DNA of 64,000 bases from Hormiphora californensis. Its lineage: Eukaryota > Animalia > Ctenophora. Location: NCBI GenBank assembly GCA_020137815.1, contig CM035361.1, positions 4,402,001 to 4,466,000 of the forward strand, given 5' to 3'. The notes beneath the pieces are model-generated. The model did no database searches and was not told the DNA's origin. It was given only the letters and a program-made list of their open reading frames with translations. Positions within the stretch are counted from its first letter, which is position 1; each line of letters starts with the position of its first letter. Shown piece after piece: positions 13,812-37,265 of the stretch. The translations under genes were made by a program, and so were the position numbers.

Positions 13812-15069
13812 TGTGTTTCCCCCACACATCTACCTTCCCGGGTCCTATCCCGAATAGGCTATCCGCCTCCACAGGGGGCAGCTGGCTCCTACCCAATGGC
13901 AATGTGTATTCGAATCAGGTGGACGTTGTAGGAACATACCCTCCCGTGGTATCAGAGTGAGAGGGAAATAAGGAAGAGAGGGGGTAAATTAGAGTATTCT
14001 CGGCAGAACCGTGGTTAAAGCATTGTCCTGGCTGAAGAGAGGGTATACTTGATAGTTTGACCTCAACCTCGCATTTCTATCGTTTCTACTGTGTATATGA
14101 ATAGTAGTAATGCACATGTGTGAATTAGCAACACTTGAATAGAAGCTTAGTTTTAGAGCTGTTTAAAATGAAACCTAACCAACATAATAGTTGGGGTCAA
14201 ATCTTTTTCCATGGTCATAGGGTCGAAATATCTTGTAATCGTGAAAATATTCTTATCTCAAAATGCGCATATGGATTATGGAGCTATGACTGTGGAAAAA
14301 GACTTTAGTACATTTGTTTGAGTTATTTCTAACTCGCGTCCTGACTCCTGAAGTTACCTCTCAGATCACCTCTCAGATCACCTCTCAGTGTCAGGGTTAG
14401 CTATACATACTACCCTGGCCCTGTGAAGTAAGGGCGCTATATAAGTACATGTATCTTTTATTGTAGTATTATTATTATTGATTATTATTTGTTATTACAA
14501 TTCGTCACCTTCAATTAATTATTATTTATTTATTGTTATTATTCCTAGAAGCTAAAATCGTGAGCAACGAAATACAGGAACTAAAACAATAAACATATTG
14601 AGATAAAATAAATGCCCATATATGGCATATAATCGAGCAATATAAAATTAGTACCAGTATCGGTACTGACTCTGTTTAATTTGAGTTTTGTTTATTTGCA
14701 TTTTTAGCATAAATCCATGTGTACCTAATTGAACCTTATGTGTTACTACCGAACTACTTTTAGAACACCTAAATCTCGTGTCATTCGTTTCTGTGGAAAA
14801 CAATTCATTTTTTTGGATTTCAATTTCATTGGTTCTGTACTATTGAATTGAGGGGAATTCCCCCGGCAAATGTCCTCCTAATCGCCACATCCAATATATT
14901 GTATCTCCCTTCAGTCGACTGAAGAGGGGTATGAGTCGACTGCAGTCGACTCATACCCCTCTTTCTCCCGATCTCATTATTTCCCCCAAATACCATCCAA
15001 TACCCCCCAAATACCACCCACCCCGTCTCCTATGATATTCCCCCATTCCTCTGTTTGTCCCCAGCTTAC

Positions 15070-17797
15070 CATCCACAAGAAGAGGGTTGCTGATATACTT
15101 GCAAACGACACACTGCTCCTCAAGATTTATTTGGTTCGGCTGAGGAAAAAGGGAACATTGAGTTTAATAGCATAAACAGAGAACAATTTGAAGGTTAGGG
15201 AGATCATGTCGAGTTCTTCGTAACCTCTAAACTTGAAGTCTACATCTCATCAGGGGTGGAGCTATGGCCGTGGGAAATTTCTCACAAACCAAGTTGAGGA
15301 CTTTTTAGTTTGGGTTTTACTTCACAATCAGTATCTATAAAGATACCAAGACTCACATGTCCGATAATATTAATTCCCCGTCCCCTAGAAGATGCAACAG
15401 GTTTAGCAATCCACAGACCCCTCTCCCTCTGATATGTCGCTGAGGAGAAAGAAAAAATGATAATAAAATCAGTTCGTGAAGATGGTCGAGTAAGACAAGC
15501 TATTATAAGCAGTAAGTGCCCGATTCAGAGGCCCTATCCAGCACCCCGGACATATGGAGAAGATCTCGGCGCGGCAAAATCCACCGACACAACGCGCATT
15601 CTTGCACTTTGATCGCGTGAAGGTCGGTGCGCGCTACTTACAATAATACTCGTTGAGCTCTGTTGGCAGGACATAAGTAACGGGCAAGAAATCGAAATGT
15701 TTTGCTCCCTGCAGAATGGGTTTGGGGTGTCATGAGAGGGTTGGTGTGAGACAAATGAAGTCAACACCACATATACTGTGGAACAGTCGGATATAATATT
15801 TCTGAGAAATGTATCCAAATATCATTTCTCTCGAGAATCAATTTTTTACCATTGATTGTCGCATTCGCATGTAATTCTTGTAAAGTCTATCTTTTCTCGT
15901 GATTTCATACGATCTGAACGAAATTGAAGTTTATTTATTCATTCGACATAACTTTACACATACGAATACATGGTGAATTTAACAAGTATGCTACCAAATT
16001 TTAATAATAATAATATTAAGTTTTGTATACCAAAAGTCTAGAAAAACTGATTTACTAGGGCCCAAGAAATGAATAAAAGAACTGATTGCCCTATCATTTA
16101 ACAGTCATAAAACTCAACTATGCGACAACACACTCACCTAGGAAAGTGGTTCACTTTTTGAAGTTCTGTTAGACCACGTAACGTGTACGGTTTAACATGA
16201 CACCCGCTCCACATGACGTTGAAATCGTTGCTAGTTTGGTGGGTCTATTGAGGGAGAAAAAACCGTTAGTTTGGTGGCGATAGGGGAGGATGGGTCTATT
16301 GAGGGAGAGGAAAAGGTGGAAACTTTGGAACCTTGTTGGAGAAGAGGGGATGAATGATCGGTCAATGACCCGCTGGGTTCGCTGGGTTATCAATACAATA
16401 TCATGGATGGGTCATGGGGTTTCGCAATGTGCATCATGTGTCTTACCGATCCAGGGTGTAATTTGTGAAATGTGTTATTGGGATCAGTAAAAGAAGGGGA
16501 AGAAGAAGAAGTGATCGGTAGAATTGAATTATGCATGCACCCTGTTGAATAATTCTAGAAGGGAAATTGGGAATGATGGTCGACTGTGTGCCGTCATGGT
16601 GCCGCCAGGTGGGTGTTTTCAGTGTGCAATGCGCATGCACCTGTGCCAAATTAACACCCATCTATCTCTCTTTCTCTGTATCCTTCTCTATCTCTCTCCC
16701 CCTCTCTCCCTCCCAGATTGGATCAGTTTGATCGGTAACGTCGTTACCATAGCAACACAATTCATCTCACACAGACTCACTCACTAGCATTTCGTCATCT
16801 GACATCTCTCATGTTCTCTTAGCTACTCGGATGGCGACCTATCAAAATCTATCAAACTTGGAGTTTGGAATATAACATGACATCAACTAACACAATTAAC
16901 GTTGAGTTAACACAATATGTGTTAACCCCTTGCTTACCTCTTTAAAACCGTGCCCCTCCAGAAGCTGCCTTAACAACCGACATTCCGTCTTAACAAACTT
17001 ATACGTCAGACCCACGCCTCGGGACGCTGAAATGGGAAAGAGATATATTTAGGGGGAAAAAGTGATAATTCCACGCCGATATAATTACTATGTTCTAACC
17101 CTCCGGGGCGTGGGAAACCTTGCATAATTCTTGGATAATTTCAAAATGGAGGAATCAGGCTGTACCGAAACTCTCACCCAAACATAATAATCTGGAGTAC
17201 TGAAAACCAGGAACCGATCGAATCAGGAAATACTGGTCCCTGATTGACTGATAACCAGTCACATGACCTAAATAACGAGTTCTGATTGGCTGTTTACTTG
17301 TTTAGGTCGGTTCCTTACCCATTTTATTGCAAGTACAATCATTGTTCTTGAAGAGACAGACATCTGGGCGGAAGTGTAGGACGGGGATATTTCTCCCTGG
17401 TCCACACCAGAACAGCGTTGTTGTGTGCTCACTGCAAATATAGAGGGGTATGTTAGTACATAATCATGATAATAAAGGTGTACCTCTATTGGTAAACATG
17501 AAAACAAGGGATTGGTTTACTGTTTTGGCGTCCACGCCTTCGTCAGAACTAAAATTAATATGTTGCAAAGTGGTATATTAGCTTGGAGTTGAGAGCGTTT
17601 ACTACAATGTTGTATCAGTCATCAGACATTGAAAACATACTGGCACAACTCATGTATAAGTTACACCTACGCAGCCAGCATCAGACTTCAATTATAACCG
17701 TAGACAATCGTACCGCAATAAATCATCACCGAAGTTCGATGACCGAACTTGCAACTCACCAACGACATGATTTCTTGTTTTCCTGTTCTGCAACCAT
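15070..17797 (-). CDS. TTLL5: Tubulin polyglutamylase TTLL5-like, 5' exons (gene continues toward lower coordinates)
   Basis: GT-AG exons with consistent phases: 17797-17760 (start uncertain), 17431-17319 ([15 protein letters not shown]), 17026-16938 ([23 protein letters not shown]), 16244-16138 ([30 protein letters not shown]), 15913-15850 ([13 protein letters not shown]), 15708-15642 ([12 protein letters not shown]), 15439-15357 ([14 protein letters not shown]), 15139-15070 ([23 protein letters not shown]). These match the TTL-domain motifs of TTLL5. Confidence 0.9.
17208..17314. mobile_element. ~105-bp MITE (CAGGAACCGA termini); second copy at 32088-32192
   Basis: CAGGAACCGATCGAATCAGGAAATACTGGTCCC...GGTCGGTTCC is the reverse complement of the copy at 32088-32192. 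Confidence 0.85.
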
Positions 17798-18660
17798 TTT
17801 CCATCTTCCTCAGTTACACAGAGCTCGAGTGACCCTCCTCACACAGTTCCCAGCTGTCGCTCTAGAAACTCCAAACTTCCATTTCGAATTGTTCTAACAT
17901 TAACCTAACTATTAAGTAATTTGGGTTAGAATTGGGTGATTAGGGTCATGATTAGGTCGTTAGGGTTAGAATTAGGTAATTAGGGCTAGGATTCAGCTTT
18001 GAAATTCCAAACGAGGCCGAAACAATAAAAATAATTGAAGTCCAGATCGAATGAGTGCACAATACACAAGTTGTATACAAGCTCCCCAGAATATAATATA
18101 TACATTTCTTTTGTGCCTCAAGTCTGACGTTATAACTCCCTAACTTTGAGATGGGGTACTTTAAACAACATATACTTGAAGTTGGTTTTAACCGATTTAG
18201 GGTACATTGGTACTCCTGGTACTATACAATGTATAGTATACATAGCTCATGATTCCTCTCATCATATTATCATGAGTCAACAGAACATATCTTATGTAAT
18301 GCGGTAGTACTACCCCCTCTTCCAAGGATAAGATCCGACAGCTAGCGATTGTAAGCTTGCACAGTGTGTCTCACTACACAGTACACAACAGGCTCTAACG
18401 TCTTGTTGTTGAATATATATCGCTTTCTTGCTGTTGTTATGCTCTTTTTCTATCTTTCTATCTTTCTATCTTTCTATCTTTTCAAACTTTTCAACACTAC
18501 TTTAAACAAATTAATTTGAGTTTGCCGTCAATCGATCCGATAACTGTGTTAGCATCTATTCTCTAATCTTTTAGATCTCTGTTAGGCCTACTTTAACTTA
18601 ACTTACGAGTGATATCAGTGAAGAGTTTGTTGTTGGCCGGCGTGCAACGGGTGTTTTAGG

Positions 18661-19902
18661 ATGACCGTTACGAGTAATTATGACATATGTATCACTAAGA
18701 GTGATTTTGAAGACGTGTTAGCAGGAGAAGTATTTAGTAATGATTATAAGGGTAGTGATTTGTTAGTGTGTCTAGAGAGAGGTGACGCTGTTTGTCCGTC
18801 GTCTGTCCATAAACCTCAGTTGTGGCACCTTCTCAAAGCCTGCTACAAAATGCTTCCGGCGACGGCACCGTTTTCTGTTCCTGGAGACCAAGCTGATCTG
18901 AGAGAATCGTTTGCAAAGTTACACAAAGATCTGGTCTCAACCATCTCTGCACTAGTAAAACCTGTGGAGAAAGGGAAAGATGATGTTGGTAATGGTGAGC
19001 CTGAGGAACCGGTTACACCTACGATGAAACACTATGTGAACATTACCACTGGGAACAGCGGAGAAGGAGAATCAGCGTTCTGTGCTGATAAGTGGAAGAA
19101 TGTGGTCAAACCAAAGGTGGAAAGTGCTTTGAAGACTATACCGGTAGTGAGATCCAGAGTAAACAGTGACCATACCCGATTATACTTCCCTAATGAGGAC
19201 CAGATGAAGGAAGCAGAGAAAGTACTGACTCCTCTTGCACAGGATTGTTCAGTGTCATTTTTCTCAGAGGAAACCAAGAAGCTTGAACCAAAGGTGACGA
19301 TAAATGACTTGGGCCCCGACCTACTTGAAAAGGAAGCTATCCTGGCGGCGATCTTGGACAAGAATGAGGATATCAGGAAGCTGTATCATGAGGATAAGAA
19401 GTTAAAAGTGGTGTTTGTGAACGAAAGAGACAGGTATGCAGTGATCCAGATGGCTCCAGAGATCCGGCGGCTTTTGTCTAGCAGTGGGGATAGACTTAAC
19501 TTGGGTCTTCGGCAACATTTTGTCAAAAACAGGTATCATGTGATTCAATGTTATCACTGCCAAGGATTTGGTCACATGGCGGGCTCTGTATATTGCCCTC
19601 AGAAGGATGATCCTGTATGCTGCTTTTGTGCTGGCACACATCAGACGAAGGATTGTAGAGCGAAGAAGAACAATGAAACAGGCAAGATGAAGTGTGTGAA
19701 TTGTGAAGTTGGAGGATCACGAGAGGACAAGAAGTATGCGAAGACCCACACGGCTTCAAGTATGTGGTGCCCTTCGTACATTAACGAGCGAGCACGGCTA
19801 ATGGAGAGGACTTCAGGTGTGAGCAAAGAGGAAAAAAACATGTACTGGACGAGGACCAAAGAGGAACTACTCAGGAAAAGACTTGGAAGATTGGGACACT
19901 AA
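18661..19902 (+). CDS. LINE ORF1 (gag-like nucleic-acid-binding protein)
   Basis: 413-aa ORF with three Cys/His knuckles: CYHCQGFGHMAGSVYC, CCFCAGTHQTKDC, CVNC...H...C. Confidence 0.9.
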   Translation: MTVTSNYDICITKSDFEDVLAGEVFSNDYKGSDLLVCLERGDAVCPSSVHKPQLWHLLKACYKMLPATAPFSVPGDQADLRESFAKLHKDLVSTISALVKPVEKGKDDVGNGEPEEPVTPTMKHYVNITTGNSGEGESAFCADKWKNVVKPKVESALKTIPVVRSRVNSDHTRLYFPNEDQMKEAEKVLTPLAQDCSVSFFSEETKKLEPKVTINDLGPDLLEKEAILAAILDKNEDIRKLYHEDKKLKVVFVNERDRYAVIQMAPEIRRLLSSSGDRLNLGLRQHFVKNRYHVIQCYHCQGFGHMAGSVYCPQKDDPVCCFCAGTHQTKDCRAKKNNETGKMKCVNCEVGGSREDKKYAKTHTASSMWCPSYINERARLMERTSGVSKEEKNMYWTRTKEELLRKRLGRLGH

Positions 19903-22900
19903 ATGTTCGCTCTCTTGTTAATAAAACTGGAGGTGTTATTTCTCATCTGGAAGAAGAGGATTGTGATATCTGTCTCGTACAGGAAACCTTTTTGAAGTCT
20001 ACGGATACTGGGAAACTCCAGGAGATTAGGGATAATGGATGGGATATTTTATCATGTCCACGAGGAGACAGAGGAGGTGGAGGAATAGGAATTCTTTTTC
20101 GGGACGGTATAGTCCTTCGACAGTGCCCAGTGAAGACAAAGTTTAAGTCTTTTCAAGTGCAGGAGGTTCTCATCAGTGACAGAGATCAACCAAAGAGACT
20201 CTGTAATGTTTATCGTCCACCATACACAACTAAGTCAAGACTCACAGAGGCTACATTCCTATCTGAGTTCGGAGACTATCTTTCAGAACTTGTTATGAAG
20301 CAAGGTACTCCAATTATAGCAGGGGATCTGAACTTTCAGGTGCAGGACAAGAACAACTTCTACTCGAGGAAACTATTGGAGCTTCTAGATTCATTTGACC
20401 TTCAGCAAAGAGTACCACTATTGCCTACTCACCAACTTGGTGGAACCTTAGACCTGGTGATAACTACAAGGGAAACCAATCTAGGAGATTTAACAATTTG
20501 TCCTAATGGTACTACTTCGGACCACTTCCTGATACAGTTTGGGCTTGAAGTGAGACAGGACCTGTCAAACTCTTGTATGCGGAAATCAATGTTTCGAGAA
20601 TACATGGACTACAAGTCAATGGACAAGGAAGGATTCAGAGAGGACCTCCAGAAAGCGGAATTTGAACCAGGCCGGGATCCAGAGGAGAGTATTGTAAACT
20701 TCTATCGTTGGTTGGAAAGTGTAGTGGAAAGGCGAGTTCCGAGGAAACGGGTGAGGACAGGGAAAAAGTTTAGGTGACCTACAACTATGGCTCATGCAAC
20801 TATGGCTCATAAAATCTATGAGCCATAGATGCATGCAACTATGGCTCATAGATTTTATGAGCCATAGATGCATACAACTATGGCTCATAGAAATGTGATC
20901 TGATTGGTTCTATGAGCCAAAGCTAGTGAGAGTGAGTGACACGTGAGTGACACGTGAGTGACACGTGAGTGACACGTGAGTGACATGTGAGTGACACGTG
21001 AGTTTTCGAATCATGTAATATTAAATGAGCACAAATGTAAACGATTTACATAATGATAAATCTAATATTACATAATTAAAATTACATATTAAATATTACA
21101 TAATTAAAATTACACTATCAGTTCATCTTGGATATAATGGTAAAAGGGGTCCTTCTTTGGACAGTTCATAGAGCATTTCACGTGAATCAGCAGCTCCTTA
21201 ACACGATGTTTATTCAAATCTATGATCGGATAGGTACTAAACAGCCGCCTTGCATTATCACTATCAGGATCCACAGTAAAAAACTCTCCAACAGGTCTGA
21301 TTTTCGAGAAAGTAGTATAGGTAGGATGTTCCCAGAAATTGCCTGGCTAAAGTTTCTGATCTTTCACACTCTTCCAAAACCTCCCGGTACTCGTTGAACG
21401 TTGTAGTGTAACAAATTCTAATGAGCGGGATGGATATTTGACAGTGTCACATATCCACCCCCCTCACTGACACCATTCTGGGATGCATCATTTACAGAGT
21501 GAAGCGATACGAGATACGAAACTTATGATTCGGGGGAGCTCATTAGCAGTGTGAGACGATACGGTATATGGAACATGATTCGGGGAAGCTGATTAGGAGT
21601 GCTAGACGATATGAGACACGATTCGGAGAATGTTTTATCGCTCTTTCTATCTATCTCTATCTATCTCTATCTCTTTTTGTCAATTATCTTGGACTTGAGA
21701 ACCAGAGGAGGTGCCTACCATTATACTATAATGCGAGCTGACGCTACACACTTGGTGAGTTTAGTGCCCTACTGTTGGTAATAAGAGCCTATCGGCTCGC
21801 CTCATTGTTTTTAGGAGGATATGTTGTTTTAGATGGAATGCGTTGGGGTTTTTTTTCGAGTCTTGCCAAACATACCAAATTCAAACCATTCCATCTAAAA
21901 CAACAACATATCCCCCTAAAAACAACGGGGCTGAGCCGACATCCAGATAAAAAAGGAATAAGGAGTATGGACAAAAATAAGGGCACCAAAGTTTGTAGCT
22001 TCCTCGCATTAGTATGAGTAGGTATCTCATCTGGTTTTCAAGATAATTGACAAAAAGAAATAGAGATAGATAGAAAGAGCGATAAAACATTCTCCGAATC
22101 GTGTCTCATATCGTCTAGCACTCCTAATAAGCTTCCCCGAATCATGTTCCATATACCGTATCGTCTCACACTGCTAATGAGCTCCCCCGAATCATAAGTT
22201 TCGTATCTCGTATCGTTTCACTCTGCTAATGGCGCATCCCAGAATCGTGTCAGTAAGGGGGGTGGATATGTGACACTGTCACATATCCATCCCGCTCATT
22301 AGAATTTGTTAGTGGATTCACTAGCTATAATTGTTATCGACGTCACGAACAACACTACAACGTTCAACGAGTACCGGGAGGTTTTGGAAGAGTGTGAAAG
22401 ATCAGAAACTTTAGCCAGGCAATTTCTGGGAACATCCTACCTATACTACTTTCTCGAAAATCAGACCTGTTGGAGAGTTTTTTACTGTGGATCCTGATAG
22501 TGATAATGCAAGGCGGCTGTTTAGTACCTATCCGATCATAGATTTGAATAAACATCGTGTTAAGGAGCTGCTGGTTCACGTGAAATGCTCTATGAACTGT
22601 CCAAAGAAGGACCCCTTTTACCATTATATCCAAGATGAACTGATAGTGTAATTTTAATTATGTAATATTAGATTTATCATTATGTAAATCGTTTACATTT
22701 GTGCTCATTTAATATTACATGATTCGAAAACTCACGTGTCACTCACATGTCACTCACGTGTCACTCACGTGTCACTCACGTGTCACTCACGTGTCACTCA
22801 CTCTCACTAGCTTTGGCTCATAGAACCAATCAGATCACATTTCTATGAGCCATAGTTGTATGCATCTATGGCTCATAAAATCTATGAGCCATAGTTGCAT

Positions 22901-25023
22901 GCATCTATGGCTCATAGATTTTATGAGCCATAGTTGCATGAGCCATAGTTGTAGGTAATCAAAAGTTTAAACCGTGGAGAGATGAGGAACTAAGAGGAAT
23001 ACTACGTAAGAGGAGGAGTGCGGAACGATACTGGAGGAAGCATGGAACTGAGGAAGCGAAACGGAGATTCAATGATTTGAAGAAGCTCTATGGAAACATG
23101 GACAAGGAAAAGAGAGCAGCTTTTGTTAAAGAGGACTTGGATGCGGCAAAAGGGGACCCGAAGAAGCTACAAAGAAAGTTACAGAAACTCCTGGGAAAAG
23201 CGGAAACTATTCTTCCTGAGACTACCAACAACAAGAACCTGGCTGATGATTTTTCAAAGTTCTTTAGTTCAAAGGTGACCAAAATTCGGACTCAAGTCAA
23301 TGAGGAGCAGCAGCAGGCTGGCGATTTTGTGGAATCTGGAAAATCCTGTCATACAACATGGAATGAATTCAAAGAGATATCTGAGGAGGAACTTGTTTCA
23401 TTAGTGAAATCGATGTCCAGCAAGCACTGTGACCTGGACCCGTTGCCCACTTGGGTGGTAAAGGAGTGTATAAGTGATCTGGCTCCTGCATTAACATCAA
23501 TAGTCAATCAGTCTCTACATCAGTCTTCGGTCGCAGAATCTCTCCAGGAGGCACTTGTCTTTCCTACCATCAAGAATATGTATGGAGATCGTGAAGCTCT
23601 CAGCAACTATCGTCCTGTTTCGAACATCCCATTTCTGTCTAAGCTTCTTGAGAAGGTAGTTCTCACGCAACTCAATGACTACCTGGATCGCAACTCTCTT
23701 TTGGGCAAACATCAGTCTGGCTATCGTGTTGGTCACAGTTGTGAAACGCTATTGGCAAGCATGTTCGATGACATTCTAGGGGAAATGGATAAAGGAAACG
23801 TAGTAGCTCTTATCTGTCTAGATATGAGTGCTGCTTTTGATACGGTTGACCATGGAAAGTTGTTGGAGGTGTTGCAGAAACGGTTTGGAGTGGATGGTGA
23901 ACCTCTCCGATGGTTTAAAAGCTATTTGAGTTCCAGATCTTTTAGAGTTTCGGTCGGTGATTGCCTTTCGGAAACCCTTGCTTTACTTTGTGGAGTCCCT
24001 CAAGGGTCCCTCCTTGGTCCTATTTTGTTCCTACTCTACATCGAGGCTGTACAAGATATTGTGGAGCCATATGGACTCCGGATAAAGTTATATGCAGATG
24101 ATTCCCAGCTCTACGTGAGTCTGGTTCCTACGGATGCTGCTGGCTGGGTTGAGGCAAAGGTGGATATTGAGGAGTGTCTGGCGAAGGTGAAGAGGTGGAT
24201 GGTAGGGCAGTGGTTGAAGTGTAATGAGGCCAAAACGGAATTCATCCTGCTTGGAAAGCGCAGTTCTCTAAGCAAAGTCTCTTTTGATCCAGTTATTAAC
24301 TTTGGAGGAACGGAAATCTCCCCCAGTGAATGTAGTGGAACAGATGGTAAAACCCTGGGAATTCTCTTGGATCATAACCTTGGCCTTGAACGACAGGTTA
24401 ACAATGTGAGGAAACAGTGTGGACTGATGTTACGAAACCTTTGGCAACTGCACAGGTGTTTTGATATCCCAACAAAGATAATGTTGGTCAAACAGTTGAT
24501 TTTATCGAGGATAGACTACAGTAACATTCTGTATTGTGGACTTCCTGGTCGAGTTCTCAGTGGGCTCCAGAAGCTTCTCAATGCCTGTGTTCGTTTTGTA
24601 TTTAACCTCCACGGACACCAGGACAACTACATGGAGTATTTCAGGCAATGTCATATTTTACCGATCTCCTACAGGTTGGACTTCAAAGCATGTTTGATTG
24701 CCTACAAAATAGTCAATGGAACAGCCCCGTGTTATCTCCAGGATTTGGTGCCACGTGATGAGACTTGGGGAACCTCTAGGACAACGAGGATGACTAATGT
24801 TCCGGATCCCTATAGGTTAAAACATCCAAAGATGACCAGTATCAATGCCAACTCTAAGTTGAGACGTAGGAGGTTATCAGTATTCCTGCCCTCTGTCTGG
24901 AATGAGCTTCCTCTTGAGCTCAGGTCAATCCCCAATGTGGATACTTTCAAAACCCGGCTGAAAACACATCTCTTCGTTGGTGCATTTGGAGTGGGTGATG
25001 GGGAACCCATGGCTGAGTTGTAA
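19785..25023 (+). pseudogene. LINE ORF2 (APE endonuclease + reverse transcriptase), split by an insertion
   Basis: Endonuclease motifs IGTLNVRSL, LVQETF, NVYRPP, AGDLN, LDLV, SDHF; RT motifs NYRPVS, LDMSAAFD, GVPQGSLLGP, YADD. Removing 20773-22969 restores one open frame (...KKFKPWRDEEL...). Confidence 0.9.
20773..22960. mobile_element. 2.2-kb foldback transposon with 9-bp TSD (Mutator/MULE-like)
   Basis: TSD AAAAGTTTA at 20764-20772 and 22961-22969; ends GGTGACCTACAACTATGGCTC / GAGCCATAGTTGTAGGTAATC; arms nearly identical for ~900 bp. Confidence 0.92.
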
Positions 25024-25343
25024 TGTTTGTTGTAGTTGTGGGGCCTGCGGGCAATCAGTGTCATCCTCTCTCTAGCCATGTTATTAATTCATTACCTAGT
25101 ATCCTTTTTTCGAGCAGGTGTGAGTATAGTGTGTTTTAATTTATATCTACAGGATTATGGGACCAGTTATTCCCTCAGTTTTATAAGTCAAGTTTATTTA
25201 GTCGTCTATATATTGTTTTTCAACCAGAGCTGTTCGAGTGTGTCATATAAGTAGTCGAGGATATACCGCTCTGATGATTCGGCGGAACATCGTCAATATT
25301 TTGACATGTCTCTGTCGGGTATGGGCGGTATATAAGCGCGGAA

Positions 25344-25376
<33 letters not shown>

Positions 25377-25701
25377 CTTTCGCTCCCTCTCAAACTATCG
25401 TTCTCTATCTCTCTTTTATTCTCTCATTCTCACACTCTATATCTTTCTCTCTCTCTCTCACTCTCTCTCTTTCGCTCTCCAATGATATTTTTCCTTGTCA
25501 CCGAAAATTCCATGTGGGATTTTAAAATCGGGATATATAATTCAAGTTGTTTTTTTCATGTTTCGATTTCCGACTCACCCAGTCCATATTTTACTCACTT
25601 TCTCTCGTTTTGCCCTCTTTTCTCTGTGCACCTGTTTGCCCACACACACACAACACTGAACACACTTGTTTGTTACATTCGTTATGTAATGCGGCTACAT
25701 A

Positions 25702-27263
25702 CAGGGTGTCCCATATATTCTGTGGGTCGGTTGGCGAGCTGTCACGCAAAAACGGTGATAGTTGTGTGAAAACAAACTACGGGAGTGTGCTGGATTAATT
25801 CCTTCCTAACTGATGGCTTTGTTTTTAAATTAAATTTCAAAAGTTCATTTTTCATGAATGAACATTCCTGTCATTCATTCGTGAATTCTGAAATATTGTT
25901 TACCTTGAGTAAAAAACTTTTCTTTGGCTCGAAATTATCTTTCCAATGAGCACCATAAAAATCAAATTGAAGCACCGGATCGCATGGCAGGTGAGAAAAT
26001 GCAAATGCATGATTTTGGCCATTCCTGCGACTTTCAATCAGCTGTATCACCGCTACTTTCAGTTCAATCCTTTTAAAAGTTTGGGTGAACATTGGTGAAG
26101 ATAAGATCTTTGCTCACAAGAAAAATCAAGGTCAAAACTCAAAGTTCATTTTTCATTTTTGGTAGTTCATTCCACTCATTCAGGAACAAACATCCCTAAA
26201 GTGACGAAAAGGTTTGGGTTTTGTTTGGCCCATGTCCTGAAACGACAGAGAGGTGTAAAAACGTGTTTCCGGGCTAGTTAGTGGGTGTCCATGTGATCAT
26301 TATGATATCTGACACCTGTGCTGAGCCATAATTAAGAGATTTTCTCAAATTCAAACATGGGATACGAGTATTCTGCGATTGGTATCGTGCACCAATAACA
26401 AGAGATCCCATAGCACCTCGAAAATTATGATTAGCTAAATGAAATGAGTTGATTCACGCTTGAAAATGTTCGTTTAGTCCGAATTTACATTGGTTTTAAT
26501 CTTTTCAATCGTAAATCAACTCATTTTTAGCTAATCATAATTTTTGAGGTGCTATGGGATCTCTTGTTATTGGTGCACGATACCAATCGCAGAATACTCG
26601 TATCCCATGTTTGAATTTGAGAAAATCTCTTAATTATGGCTCAGCAAAGGTGTCAGATATCATAATGATCACATGGACACCCACTAACTAGCCCGGAAAC
26701 ACGTTTTTACACCTCTCTGTCGTTTCAGGACATGGGCCAAACAAAACCCAAACCTTTTCGTCACTTTAGGGATGTTTGTTCCTGAATGAGTGGAATGAAC
26801 TACCAAAAATGAAAAATGAACTTTGAGTTTTGACCTTGATTTTTCTTGTGAGCAAAGATCTTATCTTCACCAATGTTCACCCAAACTTTTAAAAGGATTG
26901 AACTGAAAGTAGCGGTGATACAGGTGATTGAAAGTCGCAGGAATGGCCAAAATCATGCATTTGCATTTTCTCACCTGCCATGCGATCCGGTGCTTCAATT
27001 TGATTTTTATGGTGCTCACTGGAAAGATAATTTCGAGCCAAAGAAAAGTTTTTTACTCAAGGTAAACAATATTTCAGAATTCACGAATGAATGACAGGAA
27101 TGTTCATTCATGAAAAATGAACTTTTGAAATTTAATTTAAAAACAAAGCCATCAGTTAGGAAGGAATTAATCCAGCACACTCCCGTAGTTTGTTTTCACA
27201 CAACTATCACCGTTTTTGCGTGACAGCTCGCCAACCGACCCACAGAATATATGGGACACCCTG
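25702..27263. mobile_element. 1.56-kb palindromic non-autonomous Tc1/mariner-type element
   Basis: TA|CAGGGTGTCCCATATATTCTGTGGGTCGG ... CCGACCCACAGAATATATGGGACACCCTG|TA; near-perfect ~750-bp arms. Confidence 0.92.
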
Positions 27264-27575
27264 TATATTATGCTTCAATCTTATTTGCATATTACACATA
27301 TTATATATAAGCACTATAGAACATAAAAGGAACTCAACAAGTCTCTGGTACCGCATCTCGCCCTAGCCTCTCCAGTCTCAAAGGAAATAAGTCCCACCAA
27401 CTAAGAGGAGGATATCTCAGCTCGGTATTCCTACCCTAAACAGTAAACCCTTAAGGCCACCGGAGGTACTTCCCTGTCTCTAAGGGGCAACATACCCAAA
27501 ACATCCTAAAACACGATCTATCCTGCGTTCCCCTAAGCAACTCCCCATCATATCAAGGGGTATTCCCTAAACACC

Positions 27576-37265
<9,690 letters not shown>

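Larger units (their letters stand above)
18482..25373 (+). mobile_element. Full-length non-LTR retrotransposon (L2/CR1-group LINE) interrupted by a foldback transposon
   Basis: ORF1 with zinc knuckles, ORF2 with APE endonuclease and RT, (TTA)n tail at ~25345-25373, and probable TSD TATCTTT (18475-18481 / 25374-25380). Confidence 0.9.

Noticed and set aside
17920-17990. Interstitial telomere
   Set aside because: Only a few degenerate TTAGGG-like units, more consistent with a short interspersed repeat.
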